Shown: one piece after another, positions 26,072-37,597 of the stretch
How the letters are laid out: each line of letters opens with the position of its first letter
Numbering within the stretch: the stretch's first letter is position 1
NCBI GenBank assembly: GCA_973895155.1
Contig: OZ316896.1
Coordinates: 15,438,576-15,502,575 of the forward strand
Direction: 5' to 3'
Length of the DNA stretch: 64,000 nucleotides
Source: Marsupella aquatica
Lineage: Eukaryota; Plantae; Marchantiophyta
The notes under the pieces: generated by a model
What the model was told of the DNA's origin: nothing
What the model saw: only the letters and a program-made list of their open reading frames with translations
Database searches by the model: none
Program-made: the position numbers and the translations under genes

Positions 26072-26929
26072 ATGGGGACTTTCAAGCTTGGGGGACCCAA
26101 GTATGAAGTGACAAAGTATGATGGGCGCTCTGACTACTTGCTATGGGAGAAGCAGGTGAAGGGAGTGCTTTATGCGTCAGGGATGGGCCAACTGCTGAGC
26201 CCTCGTGAAGACGATGTTGATGAGAAACAATGGGACCGCATGCAGGAGCAGGGAGTGTGGTGTGTTACACTCTATCTCATGCCTCCCATCATCAAGCAGT
26301 TAGGTGCACATAAGGATTGCATGTCCTTGTTTGCGGAATTGCAGAGCAAGTATCACCGCAAGGAGTTGTCGAACCGGCTCTACACTTCCTACAAACTGAT
26401 GAGTTTCAGGATGAAGGAATCTGGTACGAAGTTGCAAGACCATGTGGATGCTTTCAACGACATGGTCGTTGACTTGGAAAACCTTGGGGAGACTTTGAAT
26501 GATGAGACGAAGGCTCTGCAGCTTCTTAGTTCATTGCCTCCATCTTACCAGTCCCTATCACGAGTGTTGTTGCATCGTGATAGGGATACCATTTCATACA
26601 ATGACGTGGTAAGTTCTTTGCTTAGTGATGATCTTCAGCAGAAGATGCACATCACGTCACAGCCTTCATCATCTGGTGCTGCCCTCAATGTTAACCGTGG
26701 GAGGAGTATGCAGCGACCAACTGGGGACCGTAGAACCCAGTTTAGATCTAAATCCAGATCTAAGTCCAAGGCTAAATCCCCTCAGAGGAGGCAGGTGACA
26801 TGTTGGAAGTGCAACCAAGTTGGACACTTCAAGCGAGACTGTAAGGGAAAGGCAGCGGAAACTTCATCGGCAAATATGGCTAGGGCTGATGGAGAAGCTG
26901 ATTTACTCAATGATGAGTATGATTTATGA
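26072..26929 (+). CDS. Copia B Gag
   Basis: KYEVTKYDGRSDYLLW, copia Gag core, RS-rich linker, CWKCNQVGHFKRDC zinc knuckle. Ends at TGA in frame with pol. Confidence 0.9.
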   Translation: MGTFKLGGPKYEVTKYDGRSDYLLWEKQVKGVLYASGMGQLLSPREDDVDEKQWDRMQEQGVWCVTLYLMPPIIKQLGAHKDCMSLFAELQSKYHRKELSNRLYTSYKLMSFRMKESGTKLQDHVDAFNDMVVDLENLGETLNDETKALQLLSSLPPSYQSLSRVLLHRDRDTISYNDVVSSLLSDDLQQKMHITSQPSSSGAALNVNRGRSMQRPTGDRRTQFRSKSRSKSKAKSPQRRQVTCWKCNQVGHFKRDCKGKAAETSSANMARADGEADLLNDEYDL

Positions 26930-29900
26930 AGCCGGGGGTATGCCCTGTGCACGTCATCTAGGAGAGCAGATGATGTGTGGATTCTTGATTGTGCTTGCTC
27001 TTTTCATATTTGTTACATTCGTGAGTTTTTCAGTTCTTACTCTGTTTCAAACGGTTCAGTTCTGATGGGAAATGATCACTCCTGTCAAATTGAGGGAATT
27101 GGGTCTGTGAAGATTCAAATGTTTGATGGCGCTGTGCGCACAGTGTCCGGAGTCAGGTATGTACCTGGCATGCGTAAGAATCTGATTTCACTCGGTGTGT
27201 TGGATTCAAATGGTCATCAATGGAGCGTTATTGATGGTGAACTTCAAGTCAGGTCGGGAGAGACAGTGATTTTGAAGGGGAGTAGACAAAAGAATTTGTA
27301 TGTGTTACAGGGCAATACTGTATGTGGAGAGGCCAATGTAACCAAGTCTCACGAGGAGATGACTCAACTGTGGCATTCACGGCTAGGCCACATGAGTGAG
27401 AAGGGTTTGGCTATCTTACGGAAGAATGGACTCATTTCTGATTTGCAATCTTGTAAATTAGAGTTTTGTGAGCATTGCATTCTTGGAAAGCAGCATCGTC
27501 GTGCTTTTGGTGTTGGAACTCATCGTTCCAAAGCGGTTCTTGAGTACATACATAGTGACGTGTGGGGTCCATCCCCGACTCCCTCACACTCTGGAAAGTT
27601 GTACTATGTATCATTTATTGATGATTACTCAAGATTTGTGTGGATTTATTTCATGACGCATAAGTCTGATGTCTTGTCCATTTTTAAGAAGTGGAAGGCC
27701 CAGGTGGAGAATCAGACTGGAAACACGATCAAGTGTTTGGATACAAGGGTGAAGAGTCTGAGGTCAGACAACGGCGGGGAGTACACTTCAATGGAATTTG
27801 AAGAGTACTGTTCAGAACAGGGGATAACTCGCCATCTCACCACAGTTTATACTCCGCAGCAGAATGGTGTCGCTGAGAGGCTCAATCAAACACTATGGGA
27901 GCGGTCACGGAGTATGTTGAGCCAATCAGGTTTACCACAAGAATTTTGGGCAGAAGCTGTCAATACCGCAGCTTATTTGGTAAATCTTTCTCCTTCTAGT
28001 GCTATCAATTTCAAAACGCCGTTTGAGATGCGCTATAAGCGGCAAGCAGACTATCATGGCTTGGTAATTTTTGGAAGTGATGCATATGCTCTCACACCAA
28101 AGCAGAATAGGACCAAGTTGGATCCTACCTCCAGGAAATGTGTTTTTCTTGGGTACCAGAGTGGTGTGAAAGCCTATAGGCTATGGGATCCTATTGCCTG
28201 TAAGCTCGTTGTCAGTAGGGATGTTTCCTTCAATGAATCCAGATTATTGAAGGAGGGGGAGAATACTCAGGTCTCCCGTACTGACAAAGGAAAATCTCCT
28301 ATCCCGGATCTCGTTGAGGGAGAGATTGGTTATGAGGTGCATGACCGGAGAGAAGGAGTTGCTCCAATTATGGAGCTGGTTCCTATGCCAGAGGAACCAG
28401 AGGAGTTTGTTGATGCTGGTGAGCAACAAGTGGATGCTGTTGAGCTTCAAATTGTACCAGCACACGCAGATCAACCGGAGTCATCGGCTAGAAGAACATC
28501 TGGTCGCACTGTACGCGCTCCATCAAGGTATGGACAGTGGGTTGATTCATCTCAACTGCAAGAGGATGATTTTACAGCTGATGATGAGGGTGATGCGTTA
28601 ATTTTGGAAGAAGGAGAACCTTCTTCATTTCATGAGGCAAGTGCTTCAAAAGAGAAGCAGAAGTGGACTGCAGCAATGCAAACGGAGATGCAGTCACTAA
28701 AGGACAACAAAACTTGGGAGCTTGTTAAGCTGCCTAAGGGTCAGCAAGTGGTGGACAGCAAGTGGATTTACAAGCTGAAGGATAATTCCATAGGAGGTGG
28801 ATCGAAGGTCTACAAGGCTAGATTGGTAGCAAAGGGATTCACACAAGAGAAAGGTGTGGATTACAATGAGGTCTTCTCACCAGTTGCTAAGTACTCTACA
28901 ATACGACTATTGTGTGTACTTGTTGTAATGTTTGGTCTGCTCCTAGATCAGATGGATGTTGTCACAGCTTTCCTCTATGGCACATTGGAAGAGGTGATCT
29001 TCATGAGACAACCGCTAGGTTTTGTGAAGAGAGGACAGGAGGAATTGGTTTGCAGATTGCTGAAATCCTTGTATGGGTTGAAGCAGTCACCAAGACAGTG
29101 GAACAAGCGGTTTGACGATTGGATTCGGTCACAAGGTTTTCACAGAAGTGTATTTGACCCTTGTGTGTATTTGAAACCGGTGAAGAATGTTGTCTTTGGG
29201 TTCATTGTTTTAGTACTTTATGTGGATGACATGCTAATTGCAGCCAAGGATAGGTCTGAGATTGTTAAGCTTAAGGCATCGCTTAGTGCAGAGTTTAAGA
29301 TGAAGGACTTAGGGCCAGCTAAGAGGATTTTGGGTATGGAGATCACTAGGGACTTGGAGGCTGGCAAGCTATGGTTGACGCAGAGCAGTTATGCGAGGAA
29401 GGTAATTGCAAGGTTCAACATGGAGAATAGCAAGCCAGTAAGTACCCCGTTGGCTCCACACTTCAAGTTATCATCAACGTTCTGTCCTACGGATGACATA
29501 GAGAAGGGGTTGATGTCAAAGGTTCCATATGACAAGGCAGTGGGGAGTCTCATGTATTTGATGACTTGCACTAGACCTGATCTTGCCATGGCTATGGGCA
29601 AGGTGAGCAGGTACATGTCGAATCCAGGGAAGGTACACTGGGAAGCAGTGAAGTGGATTATCAGGTACTTGAGGGTACCGTGGATCATGGTCTTTTATTT
29701 GATGCGAATGCAAAGAATGCTAGATCATTGATTGGCTATGTAGATTCTGACTATGGACAAGATTTGGACCGAAGGAGATCAACAACAGGATACGTGTTCA
29801 CACTTGGCGGTGGATGCATAAGTTGGAGGTCTACTTTGCAGAAGTGTATTGCTCAGTCTACTACAGAAGCGAAGTATGTTGCAGCTGCGGAAGCAGCAAA

Positions 29901-30201
29901 GGAAGCGATTTGGTTGGATAGACTTATCACTGAAATGGGATTGCCACAGGGGAATGTGAAGCTCCATTGTGATAGTCAAAGTGCGCTCCACCTTGCTGTG
30001 AACCAGGTGATGGACAGCAGAGTGAAGCACATTGACGTCAGGTACCATTTTATCAGGCAGGCTGTGTCTGATAATTTGTTTGAGCTAGTCAAGATTGATG
30101 GTAAACTCAACCCGGCTGACGCATTTACCAAAGTGATTCCTTTGGAGAGTTTCTCTAGACACCGTGACGTATTGCAGGTTTTGCAATTGCATCACAAGTA
30201 G
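26930..30201 (+). CDS. Copia B Pol (PR-IN-RT-RNase H), one frameshift at ~29672
   Basis: WILDCACSFH, LWHSRLGH, SDNGGEY, YKARLVAKG, YVDDMLI, YVDSDYGQD. A 1-nt shift in GAGGGTACC (G run, real or assembly error). Confidence 0.88.
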
Positions 30202-30392
30202 AGTTTTCTTAAACATTCATTGTAATTACTGATATATGCTCTTCCTCATTCCTATGTATTAGGCTACGGCTTAGTTCTGGTTTGCTCTAGTTAGAGAGGG
30301 AAACCGGTTTGGTTTCTGTCCAGAACTTCCCGCTGAGGGATCATATACATTGGCAGTATTACTCTCCCCTAGACCAGAGTCAAGGGGAAGAT

Positions 30393-30813
30393 TGTTGGGT
30401 ATTTACTCTTACGTCTAGGTTAGGTATGACGTGGTTGGTACAACAACGTGGGTTGGTACAACTACGTGGTTAGGTACAACTACGTGATTAGGTACAACTA
30501 TGTGGTTAGGTACAACTACATAATTAGGTACAACTATGTGGTTAGGTACAACTAAGTTGCACACTATATCATAAGAGGCATGTGTGCTTGGAGAGGTAGA
30601 ACCAAGGCTCATTGTTATGGAGCCACTTGAGAGATAGGGAGAGCTTACACTGTGGAGACTCGGTATAGCCGACGGGCTTAGAGTTCAGTAAAGCTCTCTT
30701 GTGTGTTCCCGTGGACGTAGCCTCAAGGAGGTGAACCACGTATCTCTTGTGTCGACTATTGTGCGTTGGATGGTTCATGGGCTTGCCGTTGCGATCGTCG
30801 TCTATGCTCAACA
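30393..30813 (+). repeat. 3' LTR of copia B
   Basis: Direct repeat of 24770-25190. Confidence 0.97.
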
Positions 30814-30824
30814 AAGGGGTGGTT

Positions 30825-31147
30825 TGTAGAGGTTAACTCAGTCTTGGGTTGAACTATGGTTAATATGTTAACTAGGGTTAGAGTAAACCCTAGTTGAAGA
30901 GTTGGTCCTTATCTCTTCAATTTCTATGTGGTGTGAGAACACACAAGAGAGTTCTCAAGAGAAAACACAGTGATATAGCAAGAGATGAGAGCTTGAAGAG
31001 ATGAGAGCTATGGTGATGCTTGAGTAGACACATAACCGTTAATAAAGCTTGGTCTTCCCGTGGACGTAGCCAACCTTGAGGCGAACCACGTAACTATTGA
31101 GCATGTGTATGTTTGGAGTGTTTTTCCTGATCTGATTTCTCCCCACA
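30825..31147 (+). repeat. 3' LTR of copia A
   Basis: Direct repeat of 19085-19407, followed by TSD GGCTA. Confidence 0.97.
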
Positions 31148-33661
31148 GGCTACTCACCCAACCTGCCCAAACTAAATCTGGTTAAGATGGACGGGCCACA
31201 CAACCCCTCCCAGGCTGAGAGTGGAAGAGGGTGGGTGAGTTAGGGATGAGGATACTGGAAGCAGAAGATCTAAACTAGTAAATAACATTCCTGACCCAAG
31301 ACTGAAAAATCCAAGTCAAATGATATTTAAACTAAAAAAGAATTATTTTGACTAAAAAATATGTCAATATAGTAAATAAATCAAAAATTAGATGGCTTAG
31401 AAACTTAGCAAAAATATTTCCTATGAAAAAGGACAAAAGGTAAAGCATTCCATTCCCAACAAATGAAAATGAAGAAGGATGAAAGTGGATAGGAGTATTA
31501 ACTTAATTATTAAGGTAATTCTTGCCACTTGGCTAATGTCACAGTGTGAATTGTGAAAGAGATGATGCAACAGTGAGTACGTAGGAGTATTCACTATCTA
31601 ATTTCCCCAGATTGATCAATGACTGTCAGATTTCCCTATATTTATGGACCCCCATGAGGATTTTCTTCCAAAAGTCCAAGCCTTACAGCGCCCCACATCA
31701 CATACTCTGGGACAAACAAGTTAGTTGATTTTTGTGAATCAACTAATCCCCATCATGTTTGTGACTCTTTGAAAGTTTGGAGGCTGTGCTGATAGATAAA
31801 ACAGTCCATAAGAAACTTAAACCACAAAGAACCAAATGACTAAAAGTTTCACTTAAATACATCTCACCAAACCAATATGTCATTGTTCAGGAGTGAAAAC
31901 TAAGTTGAATAACTACTTAATAGTAGATCAATGGATCTGCTTGCTGGAGAGAACCTTGAGCCATTGAGTCAACTTCAAGAAGGAAGCATAGTTTCAGTTT
32001 TCCAGCATGATGCAAGATCAGAAACTAAGAAGTTTAGACTGAGACATGGACCTGACAATAAACTTGATGGAAACACACCTTTGGCTGACCAAATCCGTTG
32101 TCCTCGCTAATGATTATTGTCGCTGAGGAAGTCTTTTATGTAAACGCAAAATCGAACGCACCAAAATCCAGGATTCTACGTTGGATGTTTGTGCGGATGC
32201 CTTTGCCACTCTCCAATTCCTTAGTCCCCAGTTCCCCACCATTCTCATGTAGTGCGGATTCTCTCTTTTGGCGAGGCTGAGAAAACGCTTGACATGTTGG
32301 ACATGCTTGACTAACTTGGGTGGCCTGGGATTGGCAATGCACACTACTGCTTAGTTGGCCTAGGATTTGCAATGTGGTCGAATACCATGGCCTGTTGAGA
32401 TTCTATAATCATATTCAATTTGGATAGTGCACGGGATAGTGATTTTGTTGTGACGACAGTTTTATCAGTTTCGGATCAAACTGATTCGGATATGATTGGG
32501 TATTTAGGCAACAAGTATTCTTAGTGTCTATGGTCTGTAACTTATTAGATTAACCAAGCTGGGCCCACTTTCAACTGATCAGCAAATTACGAGCACTTAG
32601 TTTTCTGGATTTTTTGGGCCAAGAATGGTTGGAGAGATATCATGTTTTTTCTTTAAGCCCTACTTGCTTAAAGGTGGCATTACGATTATTTTTTGTACAT
32701 CGTTGACCTAAACAAAGTAGCTGGGGGGCTCCACGAACTAAATTAAGGATGACCTCAGCTTCTGACCGATGGAAGACAGAAAAATTTCCAATCTTTGCTG
32801 AAAGTGACAAGGACATTCTAGAGATGTGTAATCTAGCAATTTTTGCCACTAAATGAAGCTGGGGAGTAGGGTATTATAAGTTTCTATGGCACAACATATG
32901 GTACTAGTACAATTTACTGCCCATGATAAACACATATTCGGGAGTCTCAAAATTTCATACTTACTAAAGATGGCTCTCGGCCGTGGCTTTTTCAAAGTGT
33001 CACCAATTATTTTTTTGTTTAACTCTAGTCTCTAGTGACTTACATATGGTCATGGCAAAAAGTTTCTGGATATGAATGGCATGTGACCAATCTTCATGGC
33101 AAAAAACTATGAATAATGAATTTAGTAAATAATCCAACTTTTTCTGTCATGTCTATCAAATCTTGAGGTTTGAGACCCCCTAGCTGGATGGTCCTGAAGA
33201 GAAGAAATTTGAGACCCCTTACGAAACCAGCTGGATGGTCCTGAAGAGAAGAAAAAGCAGAACGCATATCCAACCCCAATTCCCTCCATCTCAAGTTTCA
33301 TTTAAAAGTCATTTAGACCAGATAACTATCACCACCGTCCCCCATTGAATTTCACGTCCTGGCCCGCAATTCGGGGCTTTGTCATCTGGTCCATCCGTTG
33401 TTTGCATTCGTGCGCAACGAAACTAATCTGAAGCAAGCTGACTCTGCGAGAGTCCGTCGATCACTTCGTTTGGTCGAAAATCGGGCTCAATTTGCTCTTC
33501 GCGATGAGAATTCGATGCACAATCTGCAAGAGCTGACAGTAGAAGAGTGCGGATGAGATCATTAGACGATACGGATTTGATGTACTTGCTGCTTTGATCG
33601 ATTTGTCATCAGCAATCGATTTGTCATCAGCAACGTATAACGATTCTCATCGTCTGGCAAC

Positions 33662-36625
33662 ATGACCGGTCTGTACATTCCATCAATCGGAACTGAGAGT
33701 ATGTCGCTATGGATTCGAGCAGCTATGATCGGTACAGTCGTGACGGTGATTGTGCGGCTCAAGCTAGTGGACTCCTTACTGGAGTTTTTACGAGAGATGG
33801 TGTGGACAAAGTGGAAGATCATGAGACAAATGCGACGGCAAGGCCACTCAGGCCCGTCGTTCGGGTTATTCACGAATAATCGAGAGGAGATGAAACAATT
33901 GACAGCTCTGGCAAAGAAGGATACATTGTACTCCAGTGTCGGCTTGACCCACGACATCCTGCCTCTACTCTTCCCTCCATTGCACAGTTGGCTAAATCGC
34001 TACGGTTTGCATCCTACCCCAAGTGCCTATTCCATCTTGTCTTTTAATTATCATGCCAGTCGGGAGAGAGAGATCTTGCACTATTAAGCATTTGAAAACC
34101 ACGGTGTCGACTGATGTAAGATTTGGATCATATAGCACGTTATTGTATAGTTGATCAGTTGCTTGACTTAAGTCTATAATGACGATAGGGCCAGAGTCAG
34201 AATAATCGTCCACCAATACTAGGATCAACTTCGATCCCAGCGAACATAAAACCATCTTCTAGTTATAGGACCCGAGAGTTACAACCATGGTTGTAATTAT
34301 GTGAATAGCTGCGTAGTTTTCTTTTGATTGAAATCTGAATAACGTAGACCAGACATGACCAGATGTTGAACTAAAGTTCATTTTATTGGTGATCCAGCAG
34401 TCTAACACGAAAATTTGTCCATTTGTCAAACGTTGTTGTGGCTACAGGCGACAAATTCATTTACACGAATGAGTTGAGATCGAGGGTCAGTATGTATACG
34501 GCTGATGCAGAAGCTCTCAAGGAAATCTTTTCCGACAATTTGCTCCAGTACGGAAAGCCTAGAATCTCCGCTACGTTCGAGCTCTTCGGGAATACCGGCA
34601 TAATTTTTAGTGAAGGCGAAGAATGGGCCAGGCAGCGAAAGGTTGTGAGACCCCGGGAGATCTAAGGTGAGATCTATCTTGGCTACCTGGAACCTGGAAA
34701 TGCTCTTATCGAGGTGCTGCTGTCGTTGTTTTGTTACAGTTCACTTGCCTAGAGATTAATTCTTCATGGGATACAGACATTGATTCGTCGTTGCCTGATA
34801 GAGAATAGTAGAAAAAATGGCATCATGGATAGAGTTATGGCTTCAAAAGTTGGAGAATTCGGCGACAGAGAAGGAGGGTTCATTTGAGATGGACATCTTT
34901 GTCGCGTTGGAAGATTTAAGCAAGGACTTGTTAGCACGATCTTCTTTCGGAAGCAGCTTTGAGAAAGGCAAGAAAGGCTTCGACCACCAGGAGAGACAGA
35001 GATCTTTATTGTGGCAACTGCGAATGATTTCAAATCCTCTGCCATGGTAATCACTTGCAGATTCCCTTTCTTTACTAACTGGATTTTCACGGTCATGGGA
35101 ACGATTCTGTCATGGACTGAACAGTGTCGATTCAGGTTGACAGGTGAACCAACGGGTTTAAGAAAAGCTGTCAACAACGAGACAGGAGAACTTTTAAAAT
35201 GTCTTCGAGAAATTATTGCAGATCGGCGTAAATCTGTACAGCCAGAAAACGTTGAATCCTATGGGGACGACTTGCTCGGTCTTCTTCTTGCCGATAGAGA
35301 CAGACGTATTGCTGAAGATGGTCGTCCCCCGGGAGAAGGGGAGATGGAGGATGAGCACTTGACGGACCAGTGTCGCACTTTCTTTTTCGCTGGAGCAGAA
35401 ACGGTCCACTCTGCACTGACATGGGCAACTGTTCTTCTTGGCCACCACACTGACTGGCAAGAACGAATTCGCGCTGAGGTGCAGGAACTGTTTCAGGGCA
35501 CACTGCCTGATGGAAATGACCTCGCGAAACTGAAACAGGTCAGTGATCCATCACTGACAGCGTTTGAGTCTTATCACGACAATGTTTTCTGCACACCCTA
35601 TCAGAATAGGCAAGACAGGATCGCAGATTAGGTGAATTCTTCTGTGCTTCTGCGTGCATACGATAGCTGGCTTCTGCCAAATATGGTTTCCGCGTTGTGA
35701 GTAGGCTCCACGCACTCAAAATTTCTAGCTCTGAGTACATAAAATTCCGAATCTACAGATGATTGAAAGCGTTGATGAGGTCTCTTGTGCTGACCCTATA
35801 TGCATGGACGAAACATGTATTTACGGACGACCGTACCGACCTTAGAAAATCAATCTTAACTATTAGCAACGCGCGCCTAGTTTCGGTATATGTGAAGCTG
35901 TGAATTTCAAACCAGATTTCGTTCAAATTTGCCCTCCTAATCGCCTTTCTCTTCAAGGACATGTTCGACATTGGTATCACAATGATGGTGCTTGAAAGGA
36001 AAACAAGCTAGTTCTTGTTCAGGTAGTGTAAATGATAATAAAACAGATGCATAGCATATAAACAGAGGAGCGAGCAGAAGAAAGTCAGGGGTTTAAGGTA
36101 CCAGGTGCGATGTGCTGTAGCTAAATGTGACAGTAATTTTCGGATTCTTATGATTTTGAATGTTGCGATTTGACTCTGCAGCTGGAGATGTTCGTGCAAG
36201 AATGTTTGCGGTTGTACCCTCCAGCCCCTTACACGAATCGCGAAGTTGTTGCGCCCAATACCTTCCTTCTTGGGGAGCCACTGCCCCAGGATCTACTGAT
36301 AGTGATAAGCTTTCTCGGCATAAATCGCGACAAACGGTACTGGGGTGACGATGCCCCACAATTTAGGCCGGAGCGATTTGCAAGCGGAATACTGAAGGCT
36401 TGCAAGAAGCCATATGCATTCGATTCCTTCGGGTTTGGTCCACGGACGTGTGTGGCACAGTCTTTGGCGTTGACGGAGGTGAAGCTTGTTCTGGCCCTGC
36501 TTGTGCAACGCTTCTCGTTTCGACTCTCTCCTACCTATCGACACGAGCCCTTCTTTAGGATGATTATGCTGCCCAGATTTGGAGTCCAACTTATCATGGA
36601 ACGCATCCAGCCAGCGAAACAGTGA
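33662..36625 (+). pseudogene. Cytochrome P450, CYP72 clan, 5 exons, probable frameshift/stop at end of exon 2
   Basis: Exons 33662-34004, 34448-34666, 34802-35046, 35136-35538, 36182-36625. Motifs WARQR, AGAETV (I-helix), ECLR, PERF, FGFGPRTCVA (heme Cys). TAA at 34663-34665 lies just before the donor. P450 identity is secure; pseudogene status is less so. Confidence 0.8.
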
Positions 36626-37116
36626 CTCACAATTCTGAAAGTGAATGGAAGTCGGGGATCCAGAACATCATCCCGAAACAATAGTCAGAGCATCATGGAT
36701 AGTCAGAGCATCAATCGTGGAATGCTTGCAGAGTTTGATAAACAGAAGCGAAGAGTTTTGATAGCAATTCCTCTTCCGTCCGATTTGTGCTGCTTAAATC
36801 TTCTAAGGAGTGAAGCAGGTCATAGAAGAGAGAAGACTCCAATCGACTATAGATTTGACTATAGAATATAGAATATAGAATATAAATCGACTATAGTCTT
36901 TTTTTCTTTTCAATTTTTGTTGTTGTCAATTCTATTTACGTGCAAGGAACGGGTAGTCAGGCTAGTAAGTGCCAAAGCACAAAAAACCCCAAACCGGGAG
37001 CCGAATTGAAACATTAGAGAACAAAGCAGGAATGCCCAATCTTTGAATCTTAATAAAGACATGACAAATCATGCATGATCATCATTTTATCATACACAAC
37101 ATCCCATCTATATTAT

Positions 37117-37450
37117 AAGTGCAAAAGCACAAAAAATTACCAAACTGGGAGATAAGGTCCCAAAGTCATAACAACCCAACAAATCACACTGCCCACGGGC
37201 CAAAAAAATAGGGAAACCAGGAGACATGATCCCAATGGCAAAACAACTCAATGAAGGGGAAGAAAAGAGGAGAAAGGGCCCCAAGAAGATCAAGCCAAGG
37301 GAAAGGGGCAAAGAAAAGACCAAAGAGACTCAACAAGCCAAGGGGTCCCCCACAACCAGAAGGAAACAACCAACCAAAGATCCCACTAAGTGGTCTCTCC
37401 ATCCACATAAATTGTGGTGGGGCCGTAGAGTCACTGTCTAGAGGGTTCTC
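37117..37450 (-). repeat. Dispersed repeat of unknown class
   Basis: aagtgcaaaagcacaaaaa..accaaac.gggaga.a.ggtcc is shared with 36968-37005 and, reverse-complemented, with 14601-14643. Similar text at 39805-39960. Confidence 0.5.
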
Positions 37451-37484
37451 TCTACAAACCTAGATTTCAACTCTAGCTTGTCAA

Positions 37485-37597
37485 GGTGATTTATTACTAA
37501 AATAGCCAACCTTTTGAAATGTTTGGACCACCTGGGAGGTGATTTATTACTAAAATAGCCAACCTTTTGAAATGTTTGGACCACCTGGGAGGTGATT
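37485..37597. repeat. Exact tandem duplication, ~53-bp unit x2
   Basis: aggtgatttattactaaaatagccaaccttttgaaatgtttggaccacctggg twice. Confidence 0.9.

Larger units (their letters stand above)
24770..30813 (+). mobile_element. Ty1/copia LTR retrotransposon B (young, nested in A)
   Basis: 421-bp TGTTG..CAACA LTRs at 24770-25190 and 30393-30813 with 2 differences. TSD AAGGG at 24765-24769 and 30814-30818. PBS 25193-25204. PPT AAGGGGAAGA ~30382-30391. Confidence 0.97.
19085..31147 (+). mobile_element. Ty1/copia LTR retrotransposon A (degenerate, interrupted by element B)
   Basis: 323-bp TG..CA LTRs at 19085-19407 and 30825-31147 with 5 differences, all transitions. TSD GGCTA on both sides. PBS TGGTATCAGAGC. 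Domain order gag-PR-IN-RT-RH. Confidence 0.97.

Noticed and set aside
29660-29690. Programmed frameshift between RT and RNase H in B
   Set aside because: A 1-nt loss in a G run with no slippery-site context, and A is in frame here. Mutation or assembly error is more likely.
26927-30390. UGA plus structured 3' UTR as a selenocysteine/SECIS system
   Set aside because: No AUGA/GA quartet or apical AAR motif, land plants lack the Sec machinery, and element A has the structure without the UGA.
30264-30390. 3' UTR structure as a hammerhead ribozyme
   Set aside because: The CUGANGA/GAAA core is not conserved between the A and B copies.
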